From: Candidatus Beckwithbacteria bacterium
GTDB taxonomy: Bacteria > Patescibacteriota > Microgenomatia > UBA1400 > UBA1449
Assembly (NCBI GenBank): GCA_012798485.1
Contig: JAAZND010000102.1
Coordinates: 1 to 61,132, forward strand
DNA length: 61,132 nt
Direction of reading: 5' to 3'
The stretch's first letter is position 1. The number at the start of each line of letters is the position of its first letter. Below, piece by piece: positions 39,154 through 49,058 of this stretch. A program made the translations under genes and the position numbers. The notes beneath the pieces are model-generated. The model did not search any database, was not told where the DNA came from, and saw nothing but the letters and a program-made list of their open reading frames with translations.

Positions 39154-40013
39154 AAATTTACATTTTACCAATAAATAAAATCTTTCAGCCAGAAAAAAGC
39201 CAAATTATCTACCCTTCTTATAATCAAGATTACGGAGTTGAACAAGATTTTCTTGCCTTTCTTATCAAAAATTCCCAATTTCTAACAGAAAATCAGAAGC
39301 AAGCAAATTGGCATTATCTGCCAATTTTTTGGACTAGATACTTCTTAAATAATAATTATAGTAAAAATAATCTAGATATCTTAAAAACTGAATGTCAGCA
39401 AAAAATTATCGATGATAAAAAAACTTTTACCATTTGTCAATATGATGATGGTCCATTGGTAGCTTTAGGTAAAACCAGAATCTTTCTCTCAGCTCGAAAA
39501 ACGGAAAAAGGTAATGACATTCCTCTTTTAGCTAAAAAAATTTACCCTCCTTTTCCTTATTATTTCCCCAAAAAATACCTTGCCTCTTTTGTCGGAAGAA
39601 TTAATACTCATCCAATTCGAAAAAAAATGACAGAAAGTATAAAAAATAAAAATATTAAAATAATTGATCAAAATTTAAAATTTTCCAAATATAAAAAAAT
39701 ATTATTACAATCTTATATTTCTCTTTGTCCTAGGGGTTATGGTGGCAATTCTTTCAGATTTTATGAATCTATGCAGCTTGGAGTTGTGCCTTTACTCATT
39801 TCCGATATAGACAATCGACCATTTAAAAATTATATTGGTTGGGATCAGTGTAGTCTTTTTTTTTCAAGCAGTAGGATCGAAAATATTAATCAATTTTTAG
39901 AAAAGCAGGATTTAACAAAAATGATACAAATGGGTAAACAAGCAAAAAAAATATATAAACATAAATTGGAATATCAGAAATGGTGTCAATTATTAATAAA
40001 TGAATTAGAATAA
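39150..40013 (+). CDS. Exostosin-family (GT47-like) glycosyltransferase
   Basis: ASFVG...THPIR, LCPRGYG..SFRFYESMQLGVVPLLISD. Confidence 0.78.
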   Translation: MKIYILPINKIFQPEKSQIIYPSYNQDYGVEQDFLAFLIKNSQFLTENQKQANWHYLPIFWTRYFLNNNYSKNNLDILKTECQQKIIDDKKTFTICQYDDGPLVALGKTRIFLSARKTEKGNDIPLLAKKIYPPFPYYFPKKYLASFVGRINTHPIRKKMTESIKNKNIKIIDQNLKFSKYKKILLQSYISLCPRGYGGNSFRFYESMQLGVVPLLISDIDNRPFKNYIGWDQCSLFFSSSRIENINQFLEKQDLTKMIQMGKQAKKIYKHKLEYQKWCQLLINELE

Positions 40014-40017
40014 ACCA

Positions 40018-40839
40018 ATGTCAATTCAAAATATTTCTTTTATTATTCCGGCTTATAACTCAAGCAACACAATTAAAGAGGCAATTGACTCCATTTTAAA
40101 TCAAAATTTTTCTAAAGGTGATGAAATTATTATTGTAAATGATGGATCAATTGATCAAACTAAAAAGATCTTAAACAAACTAAAAAAAATGAATAAATAT
40201 CACAACAATCTTATTATTATTAATCATGATAAAAATTATGGTGGAGGCAAAGCCAGAAATACTGCAGTTAAAAATAGCAAAAATGATTTAATTTTTTGTC
40301 TCGATGCTGATAATATTTTATTACCAAAAACTATCAAACCCTTAAAAAATAAACTATTTAAAGAAAAAACAGATATAGCAGCTTTTGAAAAAATCGATTT
40401 TTTTCTTATTAAAAAATTCTTTAAAATTTTCAAATATAAAAAGATCACTCATCAATGGAAGTTTAAATTTAATAAAAATTATAAATTAAAAGATTATTTT
40501 AATAATAAAATTAATCCTGGATCAAGTGGCAATTATCTTTTTACTAAACAAAGTTGGCAAAAAACTGGAGGTTATCCAGAAGATTCTGGTGCCTTAGATA
40601 CCTGGGGTTTTGGTTTTAGACAAATGGCACATAATTGCCGTTTATGCCTTTTAAGAAATTATTCTTATTTACACCGCTATGGTTATAAATCGTATTGGAT
40701 AAGAGATAGTCAAAACAAAAATTTATCTAAAGAAGCTTTTAAATTTGTAAGGCCTTATCTAAACTTAATTGATGATAAAACTAAAAATCACATCAAAAAA
40801 AATCCCGAAACTTGGTTTAATGATTATTACAAAATTTAA
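40018..40839 (+). CDS. GT2 glycosyltransferase
   Basis: IIPAYN, VNDGSID, ARN, CLDAD. Confidence 0.9.
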   Translation: MSIQNISFIIPAYNSSNTIKEAIDSILNQNFSKGDEIIIVNDGSIDQTKKILNKLKKMNKYHNNLIIINHDKNYGGGKARNTAVKNSKNDLIFCLDADNILLPKTIKPLKNKLFKEKTDIAAFEKIDFFLIKKFFKIFKYKKITHQWKFKFNKNYKLKDYFNNKINPGSSGNYLFTKQSWQKTGGYPEDSGALDTWGFGFRQMAHNCRLCLLRNYSYLHRYGYKSYWIRDSQNKNLSKEAFKFVRPYLNLIDDKTKNHIKKNPETWFNDYYKI

Positions 40840-40843
40840 AAAT

Positions 40844-41575
40844 ATGAAGCTAAAACAAATAATTTACTACTTGATTTTTATGTTTAGAAATTGGTTTTTA
40901 TATCTATTTAATTTTTATCGCTTTAATAAATTAAACAATCATCGTTTTAGTTTAAAATGGAGTGATCGCTATCCCTGCATTAAAGATGCAACTGCCAATA
41001 CTAATTTTGACCGGCATTATGTTTACCACACAGCTTGGGCTATAAGGAAACTTAAAGAGATAAAACCTAAAAAACATATTGATATTGCTTCATCTTTATA
41101 CTTCCCAGCACTGGCTTCTGCTTTTATTCCGATAGAATTTTATGATTACCGTCCAGCAAAAATAGAACTGTCTGGTCTTAAATCCAAAAAAGGTGATTTG
41201 CTAAATTTACCCTTTAAGAATGAATCAGTTGAATCCTTATCTTGTATGCATACGATTGAACACGTCGGGCTTGGCAGATATGGAGATAAACTTGATCCAG
41301 ATGGAGATCTCAAAGCAATTGCTGAACTTAAAAGAGTTATTGAAAAAAACGGAAGTCTTCTTTTTGTCGTTCCCATTGGTAAAAAAGCTAAAATTATGTA
41401 TAACGCTCATAGGATTTACACTGTTAAACAAATTAAAAGTTATTTTACTGATTTAAAGCTAAAAGAGTTTTGTCTTATTTCCGAAGATCCAAAATTAGGA
41501 ATAATCAAAAATCCAGATAAAAAACTGCTCAAAAAGCAAACGTATGCTTGCGGCTGTTTTTGGTTTGTCAAATGA
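40844..41575 (+). CDS. DUF268-like methyltransferase-fold protein
   Basis: FDRHY, HIDI, SLSCMHTIEHVGLGRYGD.LDP.GD, NAHRIY; start 40844. Confidence 0.78.
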   Translation: MKLKQIIYYLIFMFRNWFLYLFNFYRFNKLNNHRFSLKWSDRYPCIKDATANTNFDRHYVYHTAWAIRKLKEIKPKKHIDIASSLYFPALASAFIPIEFYDYRPAKIELSGLKSKKGDLLNLPFKNESVESLSCMHTIEHVGLGRYGDKLDPDGDLKAIAELKRVIEKNGSLLFVVPIGKKAKIMYNAHRIYTVKQIKSYFTDLKLKEFCLISEDPKLGIIKNPDKKLLKKQTYACGCFWFVK

Positions 41576-42453
41576 AAACTAAATTAAATAAAAAATTTCA
41601 AGATAAATTATGCTGCCCCATTTGTCTGTCAAATTTAGAATATAAAAGTAATTTTAGTTGTCCAAACTGCGGTGCTAAATTTTTTCAAAAAAATAATATT
41701 TGGGATTTTCGTCTCAATCCTCCAAAATGTGCTTATAGTTTGGATAGAAAATTTTGGCAACATGGACAAGAGAATTACGAATATTTTTCTCAAAAATGGA
41801 GATCTCAGGATAACTTTGATAATTATCTAAGTGAACTAAGAGGAGTCAGAGAAATATATGAAGAAGTTTTTAAACTTGAAGGAGAAATACTTGATATTGG
41901 AGGTAATTGTGGAACCTTAAGATATTTTCTAAAAAAAAAAGAAAAATATCTTAGCGTTGATCCTTATTTAAATGCTTTCGAAAATCTTGGTCCAAATTAT
42001 AAGAAAGTCTATCCATGTTTAAACGAATCTTGCAATTTTTTAACTTGTTTCGGCGAATTTCTACCTTTCAAAAATAAAAGTTTTGACTGGATTCATCTTC
42101 GTTCAGTCTTGGATCACTTTTTTGACCCATATTTAGTGATGAAACAAAGTTACAGAGTTTTAAAAAATAATGGCAAAGTTCTTATTGGTATCAATACCAA
42201 TGCTAAACCAGTTTTAAAAATAGACGAAGTGAGTTTAAATAAAAAAGAACAAGTTCAGGCTATAGGTAAATTTTTTATTAATTTTTTAAAACCTATTGCA
42301 ACTGTTAAATTTGCAATCAAAGATCATCATACTTTTTCTTGGTCATTAGATGATCTCAAAATTTTAATCAAAAGCACTGGTTTTAAAATTGAAAAAATTC
42401 ATTGGCAAAAAAGTAATCCCAGTTGCGCCTATATTAGTTTAATAAAAGGATAA
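41572..42453 (+). CDS. SAM-dependent methyltransferase with N-terminal Trm112-like Zn ribbon
   Basis: CPIC...CPNC, LDIGG, EFLPF...SFD, VLDH, RVLK; start 41572. Confidence 0.85.
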   Translation: MKTKLNKKFQDKLCCPICLSNLEYKSNFSCPNCGAKFFQKNNIWDFRLNPPKCAYSLDRKFWQHGQENYEYFSQKWRSQDNFDNYLSELRGVREIYEEVFKLEGEILDIGGNCGTLRYFLKKKEKYLSVDPYLNAFENLGPNYKKVYPCLNESCNFLTCFGEFLPFKNKSFDWIHLRSVLDHFFDPYLVMKQSYRVLKNNGKVLIGINTNAKPVLKIDEVSLNKKEQVQAIGKFFINFLKPIATVKFAIKDHHTFSWSLDDLKILIKSTGFKIEKIHWQKSNPSCAYISLIKG

Positions 42454-42456
42454 TTT

Positions 42457-43161
42457 ATGACAATAATAAAAGACAAAAACTCATATACAAGAAATCAATG
42501 GCTAAAAAAAACTTTAGCTAAAATCCCAAAAAACCACAAAATTCTTGATGCAGGAGCAGGGCAATTACAGTTTAAAAAATATTGTAAACACTTAAAATAT
42601 ACTTCTCAGGATTTTGGAGAATATGATGGTAAAGGCGATAATAAAGGACTACAAACAAAAACTTGGGATAATTCCAAAATTGATATTAAATCAGATATTA
42701 TTAAAATTCCTGTTCAAGATAAGTCTTTTGACGTCATTATGTGCACCGAAGTTTTGGAACATTTACCAGAACCTATAAAAGCCATAAAAGAATTTTCTAG
42801 AATTTTAAAATCAAATGGAAAATTAATTATCACAGCTCCTTTTTGCTCTCTTACACATTTTACTCCATATTATTTTTATAATGGTTTTAGTAAATATTGG
42901 TATGAAAAAATTTTACCCCAAAATGGTTTTATTATAGAAGAAGTTTCTTTTAATGGAAATTTTTTTGATTATCTTTCTCAAGAAATATGTAGAATTCCCT
43001 ATATGGCCTCAAAATACAGTAAAATCAATATAATTCAAAATATTTTTTATAGATTAGTTAATTTTATTTTGCTTAAAATACTTAATAATTTATCAAAAAA
43101 TAGTAAAAATTCTGAAGAAATGCTTTGCTTTGGTTTACATATTTTAGCAACTAAAAAATAA
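42457..43161 (+). CDS. SAM-dependent methyltransferase (type 11)
   Basis: LDAGAG, SFD.IMCTEVLEH.PEP, RILK, TAPF. Confidence 0.9.
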   Translation: MTIIKDKNSYTRNQWLKKTLAKIPKNHKILDAGAGQLQFKKYCKHLKYTSQDFGEYDGKGDNKGLQTKTWDNSKIDIKSDIIKIPVQDKSFDVIMCTEVLEHLPEPIKAIKEFSRILKSNGKLIITAPFCSLTHFTPYYFYNGFSKYWYEKILPQNGFIIEEVSFNGNFFDYLSQEICRIPYMASKYSKINIIQNIFYRLVNFILLKILNNLSKNSKNSEEMLCFGLHILATKK

Positions 43162-43167
43162 ATATTT

Positions 43168-44055
43168 ATGATTATTTCAAAACTTTCCGGCGGATTAGGT
43201 AATCAAATGTTTCAATATGCAGCTGGTAGAGCTTTGGCTAAAAGGCTTAAAACTGATTTTAAAATCGATAATAATTTCTATAAACATCAACCCGTAAATA
43301 TCACCCATAGAAAATATGAACTAGAGTGTTTCAAGCTTAAAGCTGAAATCGCCAGTGATCAAGAAATTAGAAAGCTTAATTATTTTCATTTTAAAAATCA
43401 AAACAGATTGCTAAATGTTCTTCATTACCATCTCGCTCCGGTTTTTGAAAAAAATTATCTACAGGAAAAAAATCCTCACAATTTAGACGAAAAATTTTTT
43501 AAAACAAAAAAGAAAAATTTATATTTACAAGGATCTTGGCAAAGTGAAAAATATTTCAAAAATATTGAAAACATAATTCGTAAAGATTTTGATTTTAAAA
43601 ATAAAGTAAATCAGCATGCTAATAAAATTTTAAATAAAATAAAAAGTACTAATTCGATCTCTTTGCACGTTAGAAGAACTGATTATATTAGCAATACAAA
43701 CACTAATAAAATTCACGGAGTCTGTTCTATTGAATATTATAAACAGGCAATAAATCTAATTATTAAAGAAACTAAAGATCCTATTTTTTTTATTTTCTCT
43801 GATGATATTTCTTGGTGTAAACAAAATTTGCAATTAAATTACTCTCATTTTTATATTGAAAACAATAAGAATTGGGAAGATTTAAAACTAATGTCAAACT
43901 GTAAACATAATATTATTGCCAACAGCTCTTTTAGTTGGTGGGGAGCGTGGCTTAATCAAAATAAAGAAAAAATTATTTATGCACCCCAAAAATGGTTCAA
44001 TCTTGATAAATTAGATATAAAAGATAGAATTCCGGAAAAATGGTATTTAATATGA
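43168..44055 (+). CDS. Alpha-1,2-fucosyltransferase family (GT11)
   Basis: GGLGNQMFQYA, G.WQSEKYF, HVRR.DY, FSDD, NSSFSWWGAWL. Confidence 0.93.
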   Translation: MIISKLSGGLGNQMFQYAAGRALAKRLKTDFKIDNNFYKHQPVNITHRKYELECFKLKAEIASDQEIRKLNYFHFKNQNRLLNVLHYHLAPVFEKNYLQEKNPHNLDEKFFKTKKKNLYLQGSWQSEKYFKNIENIIRKDFDFKNKVNQHANKILNKIKSTNSISLHVRRTDYISNTNTNKIHGVCSIEYYKQAINLIIKETKDPIFFIFSDDISWCKQNLQLNYSHFYIENNKNWEDLKLMSNCKHNIIANSSFSWWGAWLNQNKEKIIYAPQKWFNLDKLDIKDRIPEKWYLI

Positions 44056-45332
44056 AAATCAAACCAAAAAATATTTATCTTAAACTCAAAGAAATCATAA
44101 TCAAAAAAAAGCTTGTTGATCTTGAAAAAAGCCAATACTGGACCATAAATGAACTTAAGAACTTTCAAAATGAAAGACTAAAAAAAATTATTAATTATGC
44201 TTATAAAAATATTAAAGGCTATAGAGATAAATTTAATCAAGTTAAAATAAAACCTAATGACATCAATTCAAGTAATGATTTATACAAGATTCCAATTCTA
44301 ACTAGAGAAGAAATTCAAGAAAATCCAGCTTTTATTAATCCGAAATTAATACATACAACTTTGTATACTGGTGGATCTACAGGAAAATCTTTGATTTATT
44401 ATGATGATCAACAAGCTGGTATTATGAGATGGAATTGCCATTATCGAGGTTGGAAATATCAAGGATATAATGTTTCCAAAAAACTGGCAGTTATTTCTGC
44501 TGCCAAAAAAATATCAATTAATCATAAAATCTTAACTTTAAACGGACAACTCGAAGATAAATATCTTAGGCAAAATATAGAAGCTATAGTTAAATTTAGG
44601 CCTGAATTTTTACGAGGCTACGTAGGTTCAATCTATATCTTGGGAAAATATATCTTAGAAAAAAATATTAAAATTGATTTTATTAAAGCTATTGATCCAG
44701 TCTCTGAAAATTTATATGAGTATCAAAAAAAAATTATGCAAAAAGCTTTTAACGCTCCGGTTTTTGAAGAATACTGTTGTAATGACGGAGGTGCATGTGC
44801 TTGGGAATGTGAAAAACACCAAGGTCTTCACTGGGCCATGGAAAGAGCTATTATTGAAGAAAAAAATGGAGAAATGATCACAACGGACCTTTGGAATAAA
44901 GCTATGCCATTTATTAGATATAAAAATGGAGACAAAGTCAAATTTTTAAAAAACAAATGCTGCTGTGGCAGAACTTTACCATTGATAAAAGTGAAAGGCA
45001 GAGACAATGATATCATTATAGCTCCAAAAGGACCGATTGGAGCCACTTTTCTTATGTATCATGGAATTGGTTATGGAGATAAAAATTCATTTAGAACAGG
45101 AATTAGAATAGTTCAATATGTTCAAGAAAAAAATTATCAACTCAATGTCAATATTGTTAAAAGTGCCAATTGTACTCAAAAACAAATAGATGGATTTAAA
45201 AAAGCTGTCAAAACAACTTGCCATCAAATGAAAATTAAATTTAATTTTATTAAAGACATTAAAGGCACTAAAATAGGCAAAAGACAATTTATTATAAATA
45301 ATGACCATAAATTACTTGAAAAATGGAAATAA
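44052..45332 (+). CDS. CapK/phenylacetate-CoA-ligase-family adenylate-forming enzyme
   Basis: TGGSTG, AWEC, TDLWN.AMPFIRY.NGD, CCCGRTLP, GR.ND; start 44052. Confidence 0.88.
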   Translation: MKIKPKNIYLKLKEIIIKKKLVDLEKSQYWTINELKNFQNERLKKIINYAYKNIKGYRDKFNQVKIKPNDINSSNDLYKIPILTREEIQENPAFINPKLIHTTLYTGGSTGKSLIYYDDQQAGIMRWNCHYRGWKYQGYNVSKKLAVISAAKKISINHKILTLNGQLEDKYLRQNIEAIVKFRPEFLRGYVGSIYILGKYILEKNIKIDFIKAIDPVSENLYEYQKKIMQKAFNAPVFEEYCCNDGGACAWECEKHQGLHWAMERAIIEEKNGEMITTDLWNKAMPFIRYKNGDKVKFLKNKCCCGRTLPLIKVKGRDNDIIIAPKGPIGATFLMYHGIGYGDKNSFRTGIRIVQYVQEKNYQLNVNIVKSANCTQKQIDGFKKAVKTTCHQMKIKFNFIKDIKGTKIGKRQFIINNDHKLLEKWK

Positions 45333-45333
45333 T

Positions 45334-46263
45334 ATGAATCCAGTAGTTTCTGTAATCATGCCGGTTTTCAATGCAGAAAAATATCTTAAAAAAGCTATTG
45401 AAAGCATTCTGTCTCAAACTTTTACTGATTTTGAATTTATTATTATCAATGATGGATCTAGTGATAACAGCGAAAAAATAATCAAATCATATCCAGATAA
45501 AAGAATCAGATATTTCAAAAACAAAAAAAATCAAAATTTAGCTAGATGTTTAAATTTTGCAATTAAAAAAGCTAAAGGCAGATATATTGCCCGTATGGAT
45601 GCTGATGATATTTCCTATAAAAACAGATTTAAAAAACAATATCAATTTCTACAGCAAAATAGTCAAATTAACATCTGTGGGACATTTGCAGATATTATTA
45701 ATGAAAAAGGGCAAATCATTAAAAATTTTAAAAAACCGACTCAGGATAATGAAATTAAACTAAGTTTATTTTTCGGAAATCAACTTATTCATTCTTCTGT
45801 CTTTGTCAGAAAAGAAATTTTTGAGAAATATCAATATAATCCTAATTTAAAAAAGGGTCAAGATTACGAACTTTGGGTACGATTAGCTTTTGCTAAAAAT
45901 ATTTATTTTGCAAATCTTGACGAAAACTTACTTAAATATAGGCTTTATTATACTCAAAAAAGAATTGCTGATTTAAAATATTATGACAAGGTTTATAAAC
46001 TAAATTTTGAAAAATTTATGAATAATTATAATATTTCTTATCAAAAAAATGATTTTAAGGTTTATCTAAATTTCTTAAAAAATCAAGCAAGTATTTTCCA
46101 AATTTTTAATTTGGCTCACTTAAGCAAAAAAATAATCAGTTCAAAAAATTTTACAGAAAAATACAAAAATATTGATACCGTAAAGTTCTTTTCCCAAAAA
46201 CTCGGAAGATATAATTTTTTCTTAGAAAAATTATTATATTTATATTTGAATCAACTAAGATGA
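45334..46263 (+). CDS. GT2 glycosyltransferase
   Basis: VSVIMPVFN, INDGSSD, IARMDADD, QDYELW; start 45334. Confidence 0.92.
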   Translation: MNPVVSVIMPVFNAEKYLKKAIESILSQTFTDFEFIIINDGSSDNSEKIIKSYPDKRIRYFKNKKNQNLARCLNFAIKKAKGRYIARMDADDISYKNRFKKQYQFLQQNSQINICGTFADIINEKGQIIKNFKKPTQDNEIKLSLFFGNQLIHSSVFVRKEIFEKYQYNPNLKKGQDYELWVRLAFAKNIYFANLDENLLKYRLYYTQKRIADLKYYDKVYKLNFEKFMNNYNISYQKNDFKVYLNFLKNQASIFQIFNLAHLSKKIISSKNFTEKYKNIDTVKFFSQKLGRYNFFLEKLLYLYLNQLR

Positions 46264-46937
46264 TTAAAAAAATAACTATAAATAATTTCAAACATTTTCT
46301 TTTTCCCTTTGAAAAACAATCATATGCGCTGGAAGGCGAGGATCTTCTTCTAGAATATATTTTTACAGGTCAAAATCAAGGTTTTTACATTGATGTTGGA
46401 GCTCATCATCCGAAAAGATTTTCCAATACTTTTTTGTTTTATCAAAAAGGCTGGCATGGTATAAATATCGATGCTACGCCCAAAAGCATGAATCTATTTA
46501 AAAAAATTCGACCTAGAGATATTAACCTAGAAACAGCTATCTCTGATAAAAAAGAAAGGCTTGATTTTTATATTTTTAATGAGCCAGCTCTTAATACTTT
46601 TGACCATAAAAAAGCAGAAGAATATGAGAGAAAAAAAGACTATTTTATTGAAAAAATAATTAAAATGAAAACTCAAACGCTTGAAAAAATTTTAGATGAA
46701 TATTTAAAAAATCAAAAAATAGATTTTCTTACTATCGATGTTGAAGGTTTTGATTTTAAAGTTTTAAAATCTTTAAACCTTAAAAAATATCAACCGAAAA
46801 TAATTCTCATTGAATCATCTGACCAAGATATCGAAAAGGCTCTAAATTCCAGCATTGCCGAATATCTAAAAAAATTTAATTACAGCTTTTATCTCAAAAC
46901 CTTTAACACTTTATTTTTTAAAAATAATTTTTTATGA
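46260..46937 (+). CDS. FkbM-family methyltransferase
   Basis: GFYIDVGAHHP.RFSNT, GW.GINID, IDFLTIDVEG. Confidence 0.9.
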   Translation: MIKKITINNFKHFLFPFEKQSYALEGEDLLLEYIFTGQNQGFYIDVGAHHPKRFSNTFLFYQKGWHGINIDATPKSMNLFKKIRPRDINLETAISDKKERLDFYIFNEPALNTFDHKKAEEYERKKDYFIEKIIKMKTQTLEKILDEYLKNQKIDFLTIDVEGFDFKVLKSLNLKKYQPKIILIESSDQDIEKALNSSIAEYLKKFNYSFYLKTFNTLFFKNNFL

Positions 46938-47836
46938 ATCTAGCGCCTATTATTCTTTTTGTCTATAACCGACCACAGCACGCTTTAAAAACACTAGAAA
47001 TGCTACAAAAAAATGATTTAGCTTCTCAAAGCGAGCTTTTTATTTTTGCTGATGGCGCCAAAAATCAAAATGATGATCAGAAAATACGAGAAGTCAGAAA
47101 AATAATTAGAAAAGCAAAAGATTTTAAAAAGATCAAAATCACTGAGCAAAATCAGAATCTTGGTCTAAAAAATTCCATTATTAAAGGTGTCGCAGAAATT
47201 ATCAAAAAATCAAAAAAGGTTATCGTTTTGGAAGATGACATTCTTACTTCTCCTTATTTCTTAAACTATATGAATCAGGCTCTTGAATTTTATGAAAACG
47301 ATAAAAAAATAGCCATGATTGGCGCTTGGTCGCCAAAAAATAAAAATCTTAATCAAGATATTTATCTTACTCAACGAGCTTGCTCATGGGGTTGGGCTAC
47401 ATGGATCGATCGATTTATTCAAATCGACTGGGAAATAAAAAACATTACTAAATTTTTCAAAAATCAAAAGCTACAAAAACAATTCAATCAAAGAGGTTAT
47501 AATCTAACTGATATTCTCAAAAAACAAAGTGAGGGCAAAATCGATACTTGGGATATTTATTGGGATTTCTGGCAATTTAAAAGGCAAGCTTTTTGTCTCA
47601 GACCAAAACATTCGCTAGTAAAAAATATTGGCACTGATGGGACTGGCACACATTACAAAAATAAGACAGAATATCAAATTATTTTTGATAAAAATTTTAA
47701 ACCGAAATTAACTCAATTAAATTTTAACCCTAAATTTGATCAATTATTTCAAAACAGTTTAGATAAGAGAAATTATCTTTACTATCTTGTCAAAATTAAA
47801 AATAAAATTTATGAATATTTTACAAATCAACACTAA
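46934..47836 (+). CDS. GT-A fold glycosyltransferase
   Basis: APIILFVYNRP.H, NLGL, VIVLEDD, SWGWATW, NIG.DG.GTH. Confidence 0.85.
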   Translation: MNLAPIILFVYNRPQHALKTLEMLQKNDLASQSELFIFADGAKNQNDDQKIREVRKIIRKAKDFKKIKITEQNQNLGLKNSIIKGVAEIIKKSKKVIVLEDDILTSPYFLNYMNQALEFYENDKKIAMIGAWSPKNKNLNQDIYLTQRACSWGWATWIDRFIQIDWEIKNITKFFKNQKLQKQFNQRGYNLTDILKKQSEGKIDTWDIYWDFWQFKRQAFCLRPKHSLVKNIGTDGTGTHYKNKTEYQIIFDKNFKPKLTQLNFNPKFDQLFQNSLDKRNYLYYLVKIKNKIYEYFTNQH

Positions 47837-49058
47837 AGATTTTGGCGGTGGTGCAGCCAAGATTGCCCTCATTCTTCATCAAAACATTAATAAAGAAAAA
47901 AAGTATCGTTCTGTTTTTTTTGTCAAAGAAAAATTTTCTCAAGATCCAAAAATTTTTTATATCAATAAACATTCTGAAATTAGCAAAAAATTATGTAAAA
48001 AAGATTTTGTCAGCTTTTGGGATAATCAAACTAAGCCAATTTTAGCTAATGATTTAGCAAATTTTAATATTAATAATTTGCTCAAAAGTGAAAAATTTCA
48101 AAAAGCTGACCTTATCCATTGTCATAATCTTCATGGGCTTTATTTTAATCTTGACAGTCTCGTCGAAATTTCTAAATTCAAACCAGTTATTTGGACACTT
48201 CATGATATGTGGGCTATTACAGGACATTGTGCTCATTCTTTTGACTGTAATAAATGGCAAAAAGGCTGCCACAATTGTCCTTATTTATCAGTTTATCAAA
48301 AATTATTTTGGGATAATACTAAATATTTGTGGGAAAAAAAGAAACAAATTTATCAAAACAGCAAACTAAGCCTTGTGGTTCCAAGTCTCTGGCTCAAAGA
48401 AAAAATAAACAAAAGTATTTTACAAAAACAAGAAGTCAATCTTATTTATAACGGTGTTGATCATAATATTTTTAAAAAGCTTAATCAAAAAGAACTAAGA
48501 AAAAAAAATGATTTACCTAATGATAAAAAAATTATCTTAAGTTTTAATTATGGGTCAAAAAATTCATGGAAAGGTTTTGAATATATAGAAAAAATTATTG
48601 CGTTGCCAGAAAATAAAAATTGCTTATTTTTACTTATTGGCGGTGAAAAAAAGATCAAGGCTCAAAATATTGTTTATCTTAATACTAGTAATAAACCTGA
48701 AATCTTAAACCAATATTATAATCTTGCTGACTTATTTTTATACACTTCTCTTGCTGACAATTTTCCTTTAGTAATCCCAGAAACTTTGGCTACGGGACTG
48801 CCAGTTGTCAGTTTTTCCACTGGAGGAATCAAGGAAATTATCACACATAAACAAAACGGCTATCTGGCTAAATATCAAAATAGTAAAGATTTGCAAAATG
48901 GGATTAATTACATTTTAAATTTAAATGAGAAAAAATTAAAGAAAATGCAAACAGAAAATATTGCTAAAATTAAACAATTTTTTACGCAGGAGATAATGTG
49001 CAAAAATTATTTCAAACTATATAATGAGGTTTATGAAACTTTCTGTAGTGCTCGGTAG
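47811..49058 (+). CDS. GT4 glycosyltransferase (WcaC-like)
   Basis: GGAA, HCHNLHG, WTLHDMWAITGHC, PSLWL, DNFP...E; start 47811. Confidence 0.9.
   Translation: MNILQINTKDFGGGAAKIALILHQNINKEKKYRSVFFVKEKFSQDPKIFYINKHSEISKKLCKKDFVSFWDNQTKPILANDLANFNINNLLKSEKFQKADLIHCHNLHGLYFNLDSLVEISKFKPVIWTLHDMWAITGHCAHSFDCNKWQKGCHNCPYLSVYQKLFWDNTKYLWEKKKQIYQNSKLSLVVPSLWLKEKINKSILQKQEVNLIYNGVDHNIFKKLNQKELRKKNDLPNDKKIILSFNYGSKNSWKGFEYIEKIIALPENKNCLFLLIGGEKKIKAQNIVYLNTSNKPEILNQYYNLADLFLYTSLADNFPLVIPETLATGLPVVSFSTGGIKEIITHKQNGYLAKYQNSKDLQNGINYILNLNEKKLKKMQTENIAKIKQFFTQEIMCKNYFKLYNEVYETFCSAR

Noticed and set aside
41931..41940. A10 tract in a methyltransferase as a phase-variation switch
   Set aside because: The gene is in frame, and long A/T runs are common throughout this Lys-rich, AT-rich sequence
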